Origin: Felis catus
Taxonomy: Eukaryota
Assembly: GCF_018350175.1 (NCBI RefSeq)
Contig: NC_058368.1
Span: forward strand, 2,604,001-2,668,000
Direction: 5' to 3'
Length of the DNA: 64,000 bases
Below, piece by piece: positions 50,485 through 63,676 of this stretch. A program made the translations under genes and the position numbers. The notes beneath the pieces are model-generated. The model worked only from the letters and a program-made list of their open reading frames with translations. It had not been told where the DNA came from and did no database searches. The first letter of the stretch is position 1. Each line of letters opens with the position of its first letter.

Positions 50485-50720
50485 TATTTTATCTTATTTA
50501 TTTAAAAAAAAATTTTTAATGTTTATTTATTTTTGAGACAGAGAGACAGAGCATGAGGCTGGGAGGGGCAGAGAGAGGCGGAGACACAGAATCCGAAGCT
50601 GGCTCCAGGCTCCGAGCTGTCGGCACAGAGCCCAGTGCGCGGGGCTCGAACTCCCAAACCGTGAGATCATGACCTGAACCGAAGTCGGAAGCTTAGCCAA
50701 CTGAGCCACCCAGGCGCCCC
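50485..50720 (-). mobile_element. Felid Can-SINE
   Basis: Full body. TSD taaaaagccc at 50467-50476 and 50721-50730. Confidence 0.96.
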
Positions 50721-51164
50721 TAAAAAGCCCATTTATTTCAGTCAGGTTTCCCTTTTAGTCTCCTAGTGCTTGGGGTGCCCGGGAGTCTGTGGCCTCCCCA
50801 GAAACTGAGCTAGCCTCTATTCTCCTTCTTTTGGGGAACACCTCATTTTCCACTTGCTTTGCATCCTTCTGTAGCAGGACATCCCATCACCAATTTCATT
50901 ACTGCCTACGACCCCTGGATTTTCATAACAACCCTTGCAAATATTGGTTTTTCTGTAAACATTGTTAAAATTAATGGTCTAGTGGAGAGGGGTACAGGGA
51001 CTCGGTCTAAATAAGAAAAATATTACTTTGGTTTGGAGACTGGAAGATTTTCCAGTTGCTTTCCTGAGAGCCCATCAGGTAAGTTCTGACATTAACTAGG
51101 AAATAGAAAATAAAAATCTGTCTGAGCGCTCAGATTACAGAATGTCGGGCTGGATGATCTAGAC

Positions 51165-51361
51165 TGGGGTCAAAGTTTTCTATAAAAGACCAGGTAGTAA
51201 ATATCTTAGGCTTTGCAATTATGCAGGTCTGTCACGGGAGTATTAAGACAGCCAGCGACAATATGTAAATGAGTGGGCATGGCAGTTTCCCAGTAAAACT
51301 TTAATTACAAAAACAGGCGATGGGCTGGATTTTGCCCTGGGTGGTTGTCTTCAGACCGCTG
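51165..51361 (+). mobile_element. MER58A-like hAT-Charlie non-autonomous transposon
   Basis: ccaggtagtaaatatcttaggctttgc...gacaatatgtaaatgagtgggcatggc...taaaactttaattacaaaaacaggc. The 8-bp TSD atctagac (51157-51164, 51362-51369) fits the Charlie NTCTAGAN target. Confidence 0.9.
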
Positions 51362-51964
51362 ATCTAGACTAAAGCCCTGTTCTTACACAGAGGAACCGAG
51401 TTCCGGAGAGGGGAAATGAAAAGCTTAGAGTCAGATAGCTTGTCTTTGGAAGAGATAAAGACAAGCTTCTCTGGAGCAAGAGTGGCAGCCAGTGCTCACG
51501 CTGGGGCAGGAGGGAATGGGGGCCAGGAGGGAATGGGCGAACACCGTGAGTCCAATGGTTTTGCCAAAGGCCGCAACTTAGCTGTATATTGGGGACTAGT
51601 CTAAATTATGGGGTTTGAGGACACTTATGGAGACCTAACCACCGGCTGTTTGGAATCAGCGAGTCCAGAACTAATTAAAAATTGGACAAAGGTGTTTTGA
51701 GCATCGAGTTGCTGTTTTCAGTAGAAAACCAAGAGTAGGCTTCTAATTATGGTTTTAGGCTCTCAGCTACTTGTTAGTGCCATAAAACACATGACATATC
51801 CAAAAAGGAAAGAAAAGGGAGAGGAAGTGTTTTTGTTGAAGGGTTTATGAGCCCAAAATTTATAGTGAAGTTAGCATAGAGGCTCACACATTGCACAGAA
51901 AGGAGCAGAAGCAAAATGCATCAATGCTTCTGGAAAGAGAAGACTTCTCCTTTCTCCCGTACCC

Positions 51965-52085
51965 ATTACATTATTCACCAGAATATGTATTGAGAGACTA
52001 CTGTGTGTAGGCACCGTTCTAGGTCCTGGACACTCAGTAGTGATCAAGACAAAAAGACCTCTCTGTCCCTACATTCCAGTAGATG
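51965..52085 (-). mobile_element. L2 3' end fragment
   Basis: attcaccagaatatgtattgagagactactgtgtgtaggcaccgttctagg. Confidence 0.65.
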
Positions 52086-52792
52086 AACACGGTTGCACGG
52101 TGAGGGGCGAGATCTCATTATGTCTTTGGAGTGAGATCGTCTGTGGTTGGATGGATGTGTTCTCCTGCGTGTCAATCCATTGTCCCTACAGTTGGTCAGA
52201 ATAGGGCTGGGAAATCCGGACTACCTGGTAAACAGATTCTGCAGGGATTTCCAGGTGAGCGCGTGGAGGGTGCAGAGGCGTGGTAGTGGGTTATCCATGG
52301 GTCAGACTGGACTTTGTGGATAAGGGAGAAGTGGGTGATGAACTCAGTGAAAAAAGTTCTCCCCATGGAAGATGAGTGGCACAGTGTCAAGAATTACGGC
52401 TTACTTTGAGTGAAGATCAAGCATAACGTGTAGATATTCAGAGCTATAAGATTATTTAGCCCCTGCAGGTAAGGTGGTGGAGAACTTGGGAGAGAGAATG
52501 AGAGACTAGCTAGTTGCATTGAGAAAAGACCTCTTCAATTACTCACTTAAAAAATTTTGTGGGAGGGGAACATTATGGTGGTGGTGGTCAGGTGTAGAGG
52601 AAGAGATTTATAGTGGGATATGAGAACAGCTGGAAATAAAGAGAAAGGGAATTATGGTAAAAGGTATGGTCACAGCTGTGTGTAGGGGCCAGTAGCTCAT
52701 GCGTGGCCTTGTAGACCATGCTGAGATCACCCTAATACCTGTCTGTAAGTATAAATTGAGGAACCGGGACGATTGATGGGTTAATAAAATGT

Positions 52793-53294
52793 CTATTCCC
52801 AAGAGGATTTAAAACACATGTTTGCATAAAAACATGGACACGAATGTTCATAGCAGCATTGTCACTCGTAACAGCCCAATGTGGAAACAATTCAAGTGCC
52901 CATCAACTGACACACGGATAACAAAATGTGGTCTCTCCATACAGTGGGATATTATTCAGCTAGAAGAAGGGATGGAATTCTGACACGTGCTGCAACATGG
53001 ATGAACCTTGAAGACAGTGTGATAAGTGAAGAAGAGCCGACACAAAGACTATATATTGTATGATTCTACTTGGAGGAGAGATCCAGAACAGGCAACTTCT
53101 GTAGATACAGAAAATGGATCACGGTTGCCAGGACTGACGATGCGGGAAGGGGAATGACTGCTAATGAGTACAGGGTTTCTTTTTGGGCTGATGAAAGTGT
53201 TCTGGTTTCACAACCTTGAGAATATGTTAAAAACCACTGAGTATGCACTTTAAAATGGTGAATCTTATAGTATGTGAATTACATCTCAATAAAA
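52793..53294 (+). mobile_element. Ancient L1 3' end (L1MB-like)
   Basis: gaatgttcatagcagcatt...caacatggatgaaccttgaa...cactttaaaatggtgaat...gaattacatctcaataaaa. Confidence 0.85.
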
Positions 53295-56200
53295 TGGTAT
53301 CTACTTTAAAGGTAAAAAAGCGCTAATAAATATTCCAGTTTTTCCAATCGCTCATGCTGTCTGATAATCTATTAAAAGACTCACGACTAAGTGTCATCCC
53401 ATAGGATGACAATGGAAACCGACCAGAAACCTGGGAAAGCATGAAGGTCAGTTCATGGTCTGATGTCTGTTTTGTTTTCTATATGAAACGTGTGTCCTAA
53501 ACTGATAACAGAGATTGTGTTAGAAATTGTCCTATTGGCGTTTAGATTTTGAAACAAAAGCAAGTTGTTTTGGCCAATTTTTAAAATGGTTGCGGCCACA
53601 TTGGTCCCTTAGAGCACGTGACATTTCCCCTACCCAGTACAGTTACTATAATGCAAAAACCCAGCGGTCATGAAGTAGCTATGTAGACTTGTTGGTGGAC
53701 TGCAGCCTTTTTTAACAAAGCCCTATGAAAGCTGAGGAACTTTCTAGACCAGGAAGTTGACCTTCTTTGGTCAGGGTCAGACGGAAGCCTGCACAGTCAC
53801 CGTGGTAGATTCTAGGGACAGGGGAAGAGCTCAAAACTTCAACGACACAGCCCCAGAGGTGCTCTTGTTTTGTTTTGTTTTTGGAGGAGAAAAAAGTACT
53901 ACTTTCTAAAAAAGAAGTACAGGTAATATTTGGGGCCGTTAAAAAAAATGTGAATGAGCCTCCAAAAAAAATAAATAAAGAGAAAAAGGAAGGGAAAACT
54001 TATTTACAACATAGTTGTGTCTTGCCGTTGGACCTGCTCTTTGACACTGGCCCACAGTGAATTATTAGTTTCTACGTTGTCCTCCGCGGCTTTTGAATAT
54101 GTTCAGAAACTGATTATGCAAAAGAAGGAAGAACAAAGTTTAGGGGGAAAAAATTATTTTGGTGCTGACATCACCAGACATCAACATCTGTTCTCTTGTT
54201 CATGTCTCCGACCACATTAAAATATTTGATGTCCCATTGGAAAAAAAAAGAAAAAAAGACTGTTCTACGGGTGAGCTGAGGACTTTAATGACAAATGTGT
54301 TTCACCTTTGACCTGGAAGTAAATGAATGTCATGCTGTCCCTTACTTGCAGATGCCAAGCGCTGTCCACAGTGGGCTGCTGGACCCAGAGCTGGCAGGCA
54401 GGAGACCGGAACGTCTGTACTGGAAACGGCTTCGAAAGACACGTGTGCGTTTGCCGAGTGGGAAACGTTTTCAAAGGGAGACCGTTTGACGCTAAAAGGA
54501 CCATTTGATCTCTTTTTACTCTCCTCGTTTTATTCAGCTCATTTCATTACTTTCTGTTCCTAGCACCTTGCCAAGGGGAAAGTATGCCTGGAGCTTGCAT
54601 GGAGAAAGAATATTTCATATTTTTAGCCATATTTGCATTTTACAAGTTTATTTGAGAGTAATTTGTACACCGGATCTTTTTTTTTTCCTACTCAAACTAT
54701 TTGCAAGTAGTATTTTGAAAATACAAAAAAAATACTTTTAAGCTTTTAAATGAATATCAAAATGCCCATTAAAAAAGTCCTTTCTTCGGTTCCGTGAGAG
54801 AGTTTAATAGCAATGCAAACCAAGCTGAGATGATGTCTATAAATTAGCCTGAGAAAATTCCTATGATTCCTGGCTATGAGGTTGTTTCTAAGGGAGGCTG
54901 ATTTCTGCTTCTTCTGTGTTTGCTCAGTACCACCCTGCCCCAAGAGTAGAAAGCATTGATTACACCGTTGTTTGTGGGCTAAGACCCCACGGTCCTTCAG
55001 AATGATCTCAATTCTGGTGAATGTTTAGGTCTATGAAAAGGAAACTATGAAGTGTTGAAATTGAGCCCACAACTTAGTCCCCATGACATGACTTTGGTTT
55101 GGGTGCCTTCATGACACGTTCTCCAAAACATGACTTACGTTTGGTTTTTGTTCTTGTGTGAGCAGTAGGACAGCGGAAGTGGGTGCCCATTAGCTCCTGT
55201 TCCAGGAGCAGGGGTGACAGGGGCTTCCCCAGTTTCAGCTTTCTTGGAGTGCTCAGCTTTGCCATCACTCCTACCATGAAACACAGTTACTTCTTTTCAT
55301 TTTACAGTTATTTTACTCTTTCTTCCTTTCAGCAACCTGGATCATTCCTGGGGCAAGAGTAGAAAATCTGAGAGAGAGCAAAATGGCACTGGGGACCCCA
55401 TCACCAGCTTCTGTGTTTTAAAATAACGGGGAGCCATACAATGCTATTCGGTTTAACTGTTTCTTGTGCAGGATGTAACGATAGGCTCTGTAAATGATAA
55501 AAAATGAGCAAGGCAGCGTATGATTTCAAGTGGGACAAATATGGTAAAAAAGGGAATTCTGTGCTTGTTTCCAAAGAGAGTCTAGAAAAATGTTGTAGGA
55601 GTTCTGAAGAAGGAGACAACAGCTGAGAGTAGCAGAGGATCAGAATAGGCTTCCTCTTCCAGGAAGGGCCGTACCTGAGGTGATCCTCGACTGGGATAAA
55701 GAAAGGGGACAGGGATGCCAGGAAGGAATTATTTCACCCAAAAGGAAGCAAAAGAAGCAAAGCATGGGGACAGAAAAGGATGACTATGTTCAGCGAAGAC
55801 CGATATAATGGGGATTTTACGTAGGAGAGCTCAATTACAGCGTTCAGTTTATATAAGCAATAGGCGAGAGACGTCAGACTCCACCTTTGAACAACTTGCT
55901 GAGGGTAACCTGGTACTCATGCTGAGGCCAGGCTTCAGTTCTCCCCCTCACCCATAGACATAAGGAGATGTTTTCTAAGGTCCAATTCTACTTTAGTATT
56001 TTGGAGGAAAAAAGATGGGGATCAATTAGGGGTCTATCTGGAGGTGTAGGCAAGCCATAGAAGAGTCTGGAATGGTGCGGTGGGAAAAGAGAGAGGGGAA
56101 AGCTATGAGAGAAAGAAATGCACGTTGCCTGGAAACCACTGGATGTGGGAATCGTGGGCGACCGGGTTGTTGGATTTCAAGCCCATTTGCTTGGAGAAGG

Positions 56201-56819
56201 GGTGATGCCCCAAGAGAAAGAAGGAAAGGGGCAGGAGCTGTTTTTGTGGGGAGCATGAACTCGGCCTCTGACCTGCCGACTCCGCGGTGTCGGACAAGTC
56301 CTGGTGGACACATCCCACGAGTTACAGAAAGACACTTCGGGAGGATGTGCGGGCTGAAGGAGAAGATTCAAGAGTCTACGTGGCGGGGGGCGGTTCAATG
56401 CTTTGGGATGGGTGAGAACACAGAGGGAAGAGGGAGGAAGGAAATGCTGTGAGCAGAGGGAGGGTCGGCAAAGGGAGGGGTCTGGGCGAAGTGGGTAGAA
56501 AAGCCAGGACAGTAGGGAGGAGCAGCCAGGGCTGCCTTGGGGATGCGGGCGAGCAGGGAGTTTGGAGGGGATGAGAAAAAAACCCTAGAAAGTGAAGAGG
56601 GGTGGGCTACAGAAGTCCCTTTCTATCTGACCTGGGTTCACTGACATTCAAGGAAAGCCAAGAGAAAGAGAGAGAAGGGAGGTCAGTGTTGTGAGATGTA
56701 GGAAAAGACACGTTTCGGAAACCTTCGAGAGAATTACTTGTTTTCATTTTATAGTTTTCTACACACCTTCCCCCTCCTTTTTCTTGTTGCAAAGCTTGGG
56801 GGTGCTCCTGGTATCCCCC

Positions 56820-57300
56820 CTCCCCCCGCCGTGACCAAGGGCTCCACTAGGGTATGCTTTGCCGGGGTCCGACCGGACGAGATTTGAAAGTGACACTAAC
56901 TTGCTTTCCCCCCAGACAGACAGACCTAGAGTTCAATGCTGCCTGCGGGAGGGGGTCGGGCGCTTGGGAGAAGAAAGCCCCGAACTCAGCAAACCCAAAG
57001 GCAAACTTTGACCGCTTGACAACAAAACCCAACTGCTGATAAAAGTGTCCCAGGGTGTTTTCTTTTCCTTTCAGGGCTAAGACTCGGGAAACCACAGAAC
57101 GAAGTCAAAAGGTGAGGGCGGCAAAGCCACCTGGCGCGGGCACCTGAGCAGGCTCCGTGTGGCCCCGCCACTGGGCGCGATTCAAGAGGCGCGGGTTTTG
57201 GTTTCTAAGCCTCTTGGCTCTGCGTCGGGTCCGGTAACCTGAGCCCTGTGTCTCCCCGCGGTGCCAGCGCGTGATCAGGAGGGCTCCTGGGCTAATGGTC
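56820..57300. promoter_or_regulatory. CpG-rich promoter/enhancer-like segment with plus-strand splice signals
   Basis: GC boxes, paired CACCTG (57128, 57141), TGATAA (57037), acceptors at 56915 and 57074, and donor AAG/GTGAGG at 57111/57112. Confidence 0.35.
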
Positions 57301-58537
57301 CCCAGGTTTGGGTTTCAGGGGGTGGGGACTTCAGGCGGGGCGGCTTTGGCAGGCGGCCCAGATTTCTGGAATGTGTGTGCGCTGCCTGGTGGGCTGAGCA
57401 GTTTGGCATCAGGTTCCTGCCTGCGAACTCAGGAGAACAATAGGCATGTGGTTCCAGGGCTAATTAGCTGTGTGAAAGCCTCGGGGCCCCAGCTCTTCTC
57501 CCGGATGGCTGTGGGCTTGGCTGGGCCCCCAATCTAGGGGCCACTGCCTCTGGGGAGCCTGCTTGAACACTCCCGGCTTTGGGGACCCGCAGGCAGAGCG
57601 GTGCCTGGGGAATTGGAGTCGGAGGGTGGGAATCAGACTTGGGACTCGGTTGGTGACATTAGATCAGGAAGTGGTCCTGTGCAAAGCCATGGTGTTCCCT
57701 TTGGCACATTTACGTGCTCGCTCACGAACGGGTGTGGGTGGAGAGACTCGTTCCCTGCCCGGCCCCTGCCGTATTTGGCTGTGACCACCTCAGAGCACTG
57801 TGGTCATCTCATTTTCTTACAGAAGGAAAAGTGTTCTTCTCTATCGTTCACCTTCAGCGCGTGTAATATCTCAGGGAGGCGTAGGCTGAAATGAAGGCCA
57901 GGCTGTGGAAGGCTCCAGGGGTCATGGGACACCAGCCAAATTCTTGGGGGAACGTACTGTCTGGATTAGTAGAATCTTGGGCTTGAGAGTCAAAAGGTCT
58001 TGAATACTCGACAGAAGAAACAAGTGTGAGTTTTCATTCAAGATCGTCTAACTCAACGTGGGACAATTCGGCTTGACATAAAGCTAAATTAAGAATGTTC
58101 GTGATTTAACAGAAATGTTTGTAACAGGGATCTTCCTGACAGGAGGACTTTTCCAGAGGCTGTGAAACCCGAGGAGAGCTTTAACTTACAGCTTTGAACG
58201 TGTTCATCGAGCTTAGCAAACGGGGGCCATCCTTATTCTCACGGTCAGCACCCTCTTTAGTCTGAATGGAGAACACGGGGAGAAGCCTCACAAAGTGTGA
58301 ATGGAAGGAAAAGCATTTCTTCATTGGTTTGAACCCAAAACGCAATTGCTTTCCTCAGACAGTGCTCCTGCACCTGTCCGTCTTTCGGTGAGCGGCTCGG
58401 TCAAGATAGAACACTTGGGCCCCGCTTTAGACAGCCTCGGTGAGGCTGTGGTCGAGGAAACACACGACAACAGCTCCCCCACAGCTCTTCCAAATCCAAA
58501 AAGAACCGGGTGAAGTTGATTCTCACCTTTTTGTAAA

Positions 58538-58760
58538 TTTTTTTTTATCTTTTACTTTTTTTTAACGTTTATTCATATCTTGAGAGACAGAGCGCGAGCA
58601 AGGAAGGGGCAGAGAGAGAGAGGGAGACAGAATCCGAAGCAGGCTCCGGGCTCCGAGCCGTCAGCACAGAGCCCGACGTGGGGCTCGAACTCGCAGACCG
58701 TGAGATCATGACCTGAACCAAAGTCACACACTTAACTGACTGAGCCATCTAGGCACCCCC
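58538..58760 (-). mobile_element. Felid Can-SINE
   Basis: Full body with T-rich tail. Confidence 0.95.
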
Positions 58761-59793
58761 GATTTTTACTTTTTACAGGGATGACAGACGCGGTGCCTGT
58801 TAATGCATCTGACAAGTTCCTCCCGGTGCTGACCGGGGCTGTTCTACCCGATAGCGAGGTAGCCATCGGATGTACGGCACTGGCACCAGGAGGCAGCGTG
58901 TGACAGAGGCAGCAGCTCGGGTCCCACCCAGGCTCCGCTCACACAGACTCTGCCTTTTGGCAAGACCCGCAGGGGATTTGCAAACTCCGGAGGACAGAAT
59001 AAGCAGGTGCCGCTGTATCTCGAGTGGAAAATTCTCTCTTCTTTGTTCTCCTGTGAACTCTGCTCTCTCCCCTCTCCCTTCTCCCATGTCTCCCCCTGTT
59101 TAGACTGTTAATCCACAGAGGTGCACCGGACCACCCTTGGGACACCTAGACTTTTCTCTGTATGAAGCCCGTGAGGTGATTTGACAGCTGGAGACCTTCC
59201 TGTTAACAGCCATTATAATAAACATTCCCCCAAACCAAATTCGACAATTATTAACATGTTTAAACAGAAAATGATGTTTACTAAGGCATTCTTCCTGAGG
59301 CTTAACATATCCTGTGAAGAGGGTGGGGTGGGGGTGAGGGGAACAGACGGAAAGGTTAGCTCTACCTGTAGTTCAAGGTAATGTCAGAGCTAGAGGTTTA
59401 AGAAAAAAAACCCACCCCCTCTTTCTTAGAAGCTGGAAACGGAGATCCTTTATACAGGTACAATCAGTCAAGGAAAAAACCGTGTTATTAAAGTGACTCG
59501 GTTCAAGTAACTGGAGGATGTGCTCAGTAGCCGCGGTTCCCCTAACTCGGTTCTGTGCCTCGTGCACCTGTGGAACACCTTTTTGTCAAGAATGTGAAAG
59601 CACTTGGATGGCGGGGGCCGGGGGGGACGGGGCCCCAGCTGCATTTCAGCTCCACGGCAGGTGGGACCCCGGGGGCTTTGTTGCCACCACCCTATTCTCG
59701 ACGCCTGGCACAAAGCAGGTGCCCAATCAGTACCTCCTCGACGAAGGGTAGCAGTAACTTCCACTTGTGTCTGGGGCCAAAATACCCAAGTCC

Positions 59794-60030
59794 TTTTTTA
59801 AAGTTGATGTATTTATTTTGAGAGAGAGAGAGAGACAGAGAGAGAGAGACAGAGAGAGAGCGCAGAAGGGCCCGCGCAGAAGGGGCAGAGAAAGAGGGAG
59901 GGAGAGAGAATCCCATCTGGGCTCCGTGCTACTGGTGTGGAGCCCGACGCGGGGCTCGAACTCCCCAGCTGTGAGATCATGACCTGAGCCGAAGTCGGAC
60001 GCTTAACGGACTGAGCCACCCAGGCGCCCC
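59794..60030 (-). mobile_element. Felid Can-SINE
   Basis: Full body. TSD core aaataccca at 59780-59788 and 60033-60041. Confidence 0.95.
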
Positions 60031-60539
60031 CGAAATACCCACATCTTTTAAGGATATGAAGGTTCCTTTGTAAGCCCTTGGAAGCGTGTGCTTTCTGTTC
60101 CTGGCATGCCACCGACGTGCAGAGGTGATTTGCAGGTGTATGTGGACAGAGGAAATCTGGGACTCCCAGGCTTCAGGGGCGTCTACTTCAGCCCTGCACC
60201 CCACGTGGGGATGCTCCTCACAAGGCGGACTCCGCTGTTCGCCGAACGTGTGCCCACCGTTTACGAGGCGCGTGCCCCCCTGGGGCTGCACATGGCCCTC
60301 GGCGAGGAGATAAAATGCAGCTCCTCATGGTTCGATAGGAGAGGCACCCATTTAAGCAAATAGTGACACTACTTACTTCTTTAAAAAGATATGACATTTC
60401 TACTCAGGAGCGCAGAGGAAGGGGTGCCCAGCTATTCCCAAGATGAGGGTGGGAAGGCACGGGTGGCTTCCCAGGCTCGATCCCGTCGTGGACGTGGCTT
60501 CTCGAGGATCGGACGATGTTCTCGGGGCAACAAGCAGTC

Positions 60540-60750
60540 GTTTCTTAAGGGTTTGCTGTGTGCCAGGCACAGCTCTGACTGTTTGGCACGTGCCAGTTCA
60601 TTTAATCTTTGTAACCACTGCCACTGTATTGTGCCCAGTCTGCAGATTGGGAAACCGAGGATTGAAAGGCAAGGTACAGGTGCGGCTGGTAAGTGACAGA
60701 GTAGGGAGCCGCTGTGGGGTGTGCGATGCCTGAGCCCTTGTTCTCCGGCA
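60540..60750 (-). mobile_element. MIR
   Basis: tgctgtgtgccaggcac...tcatttaatctttgtaacca...tgcagattgggaaaccgagg. Confidence 0.7.
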
Positions 60751-60967
60751 CAAGGCTACACTCTTGTCCAGCAAGAAGAACAAGCTGCTGGCGGGAGGAA
60801 GAGGTGTGTCCAGACCTCCTATGGAGGAGTGAAGGAGCATGGCATATTCCGGAAGTCATTTGGTGTGACCTCTGCACAGAGCTTGGAAGAGAAAGTAGGG
60901 GCTGGGCCGCGAGTTTAGACTTTAACCTTAGGACTCTTTTCTAGGTGATAGTTATGGGAGGATTTCC

Positions 60968-61428
60968 TTCTTGTTGTGGTTACATATGCGTAGCAGAAAA
61001 TGTAACCATCTGAAGCGTTTTTGTGTGTAGTTCGGTGGCATTCAGGGCCTTCACGTTGTGCCACCCTCACCACCATCCGTCCCTGGGACGTGTTCACCTT
61101 CCCAAGCTGAAACTCTGTCCTCATTAACCAATAGCCCCCATGCCCCCTCCCCTGGCCCTTGGCACCCACCATCGCACTTTTGGTCTCTATGGATTTGACT
61201 GGTCTAGAACCTCACGTAAGTGGGATCCCACAGCATTGTCCTTTTGCGACCGGCTGATTTCGCCTACATCATGTCCTCAAGGCTCACCACGTGGTAACGT
61301 GTGTCAGAATTTCCTCCCCTTTCAAGGCCGAATGACATTCCACTGTAGGTGTAGACCACATTCTGTTTTATCCACTTGTCGGTTGGTGGGACATTTGGGT
61401 TGCTTCCCCCTTTTGGCTGTGGTGAATC
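60968..61428 (-). mobile_element. Ancient L1 3' end (L1MB-like)
   Basis: ctgaaactctgtcctcattaac...gtctctatggatttgact...tgtcagaatttcctcccctttcaaggccgaat...ggacatttgggttgcttcc. Confidence 0.85.
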
Positions 61429-61519
61429 GAGGGCTTTTAATCTGGGGAATGACAGAATCAGATTTCCATCTTACAGGTAGGGAGGGGAAAATAAACCTCT
61501 GGCTGCCAGTGCTAAGTTG

Positions 61520-61605
61520 ACAAAGCCGAAGACCGCGTCCCCCTCACGTTTCCAGCTCCAGGCACAGTGCCCAGCGTGTAGTAATTACTCATTGAATGAA
61601 TGAGT
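61520..61605 (+). mobile_element. L2 3' end fragment
   Basis: ccaggcacagtgcccagcgtgtagtaattactcattgaatgaatga. Confidence 0.6.
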
Positions 61606-62104
61606 CCGTCTATGTTTTCTTTTTTTTTTTTAATAGCAGAAATCTCTATAAAAGGTGGGAAATCATCTTTACACTTCAAAATTGAGGTAAAAGAGAGGAA
61701 AAGAAGATATAATAAAATGAGGTCCCTGAAAATACATTTAAGCCACCAAGGACTAGCTGCATGCTGGTTATTATCCTCATTATTTTCTCTACGTTTCTGG
61801 TGTCCCTGGCGAATTGCAGTTGAGGTCAAAGGCCAGCCTTCATCAGTATCACACAGCTTCACTACAGTGTTGCTGTTCTTTCTTCGCAGCTCCCGCAGCC
61901 CAGGTATCTGGGCAGCTATCCCGACTATTCAAGTGAGTTTATGTGAAGTATTGAGAAGCTCAATTTGCGTAGAGGGTGCCTCTTTCTCCAGCTTAAAAAG
62001 TACCTGTGTGTCTCCGGGGGATCTGTGTCCTAGTTTGCGTTCGTATTTTACTGGAGTGTAGACAGATTAGAAACCCTGACTCCATTAGGATATCGATCGT
62101 GCGG

Positions 62105-63135
62105 TGACAAATTTCAAACACACGAATGTAGGGGAATAAAGAACACAGCGAGCACTGACTCAGATTTGACGGTTGCCGCTTTGCTTAATGGATCCATTTA
62201 TAAAATTCTGGATATTTAAAAAAAAATATCTCTTCCATCATTTCGTTTTACTCCTATGAACCTCAGATTGCGTCTCTAAAAAAGCGTAATTTTCCTCCGT
62301 AATCACAATGCTACTTGCGTGCTTAAAAATTCGTATTGCTTGCATCAACAAGTTTTCTTGATTGACTCAAAAATGCTTTCTTACACTTGGTTGGTTCAGG
62401 GGAGGCCTGCACGTGTTGGTTAGTTAGGGCTGCTTCAGCAGAATACCATTGAGCGGGTGGCTTACACGATAAACACTTCTCACGGGTCTGGAAGTCGGGA
62501 GGTCCGAGATCAAGGTGCTGCAAATTTGGTATCTGGGACCAGGGTCCTCTTCCTGGTTTGCAGACAGCAATCTGCCTTCTTGCTGTGTAATTAATGTGGC
62601 AGAGAGAAAGCTCTGGTCTCTCTGTTTTTCTAATAAGGGCACTCATCCCATCATGGGGGCCCTGTACTCATGACTTCATCTAAACTTAATTACTTCCCAA
62701 AGACTTCAGCTCCTACCACCCTGGGGATTAGGGCTGCAACACGTAAATTTGGGGTGGGGGGCACAAATTGGCAGTCTGTAACGCCCCATGAATGTATCAC
62801 CATTGCACCTATTTATAATGTCTCTTGAGACCCTTTTATTACAAAGCAGACCACTCGCCTTCACATCGTTGTTGCAGGAACTGGGTCATATGTCCTCTAG
62901 AATGTCCCACATTTGGGATTCGGCCATTGGTTTCCTTGTTCTGTCCTTGAACTTGGTCTTCTGCCTGCCATATTTCCTGTAAGAGGAGGTTACCTCTAGA
63001 GAATTGGTCAGGGTTAGCCTCGTCATTTTTGGCAAGAATATTTTACACGTGATTCTGTTGCTCTCTCTGGCCTGCGTTGGGAGGCCCACAACATCTGGTC
63101 ATCCCACCTCAGGGCTGCTAAGAATCATTACGGAC
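62105..63135 (-). mobile_element. Ancient L1 3' UTR (L1MC4/5-like) split by an MLT1A-type LTR
   Basis: caaatttcaaacacac...ctgggtcatatgtcctctagaatgtcccacatt...ttttggcaagaatattt. Confidence 0.6.
62414..62782 (-). mobile_element. Solo MaLR LTR, MLT1A-type
   Basis: tagggctgc...tctggaagtcgggaggtccgagatcaaggtgc...aagggcactcatcccatcatggggg...ggggattagggctgcaaca. Confidence 0.85.
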
Positions 63136-63577
63136 TCAGAGTGATCTTTAAAAATATACAGTTAAAAAATGGTTTTTCTTCTTACTCCAAAAGTAAGACA
63201 TATTAATTGTAGAAGATTTACAACATGGAGATAAGCAAAAGAAATAAAACTGTCTTAAAATCCCAACCCTAGGTAACCGCCATCCACATTTTGATGTAGA
63301 TCCTTCCAGTATTTCTTCATAATATATATTATATCATAATCATCTCTTTCCACTTACTGTGGCTATCTTTTAAGGTACTGAAATATTCTTTTACAATGTC
63401 GTTGGCTGTCTAGTCCTTGTATATTGGAATCAGAATTTATTTAATTAACCCACCACTTTTGTAGAATTCGTGAAAATCGTGAATCTACTGTCCCAAAGCT
63501 CCTTCAGAAATGGCCCCAGACCCGTCTGAGAGCAAATGACTACTGCGTGTCTACCTGTTTTCTGGATGGCTGCCCCT

Positions 63578-63676
63578 CACTTCTGGGGTTAGAGGTGTTT
63601 AAGGGCAGGAGTGGAGGTGGGGGTAGAGGCACCTCTGAGGTTAGAGGTGCTTAAGGGCAGGAGTGGGGGTGGGGGT
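63578..63676. repeat. Imperfect tandem duplication, 52-bp period, G-rich
   Basis: cacttctggggttagaggtgtttaagggcaggagtggaggtgggggt (63578) vs cacctctgaggttagaggtgcttaagggcaggagtgggggtgggggt (63630). Confidence 0.9.

Noticed and set aside
51121..51134. 14-bp palindrome tctgagcgctcaga and short hairpins at about 34726 and 53393
   Set aside because: Several 7-8 bp arms are expected by chance in 64 kb.
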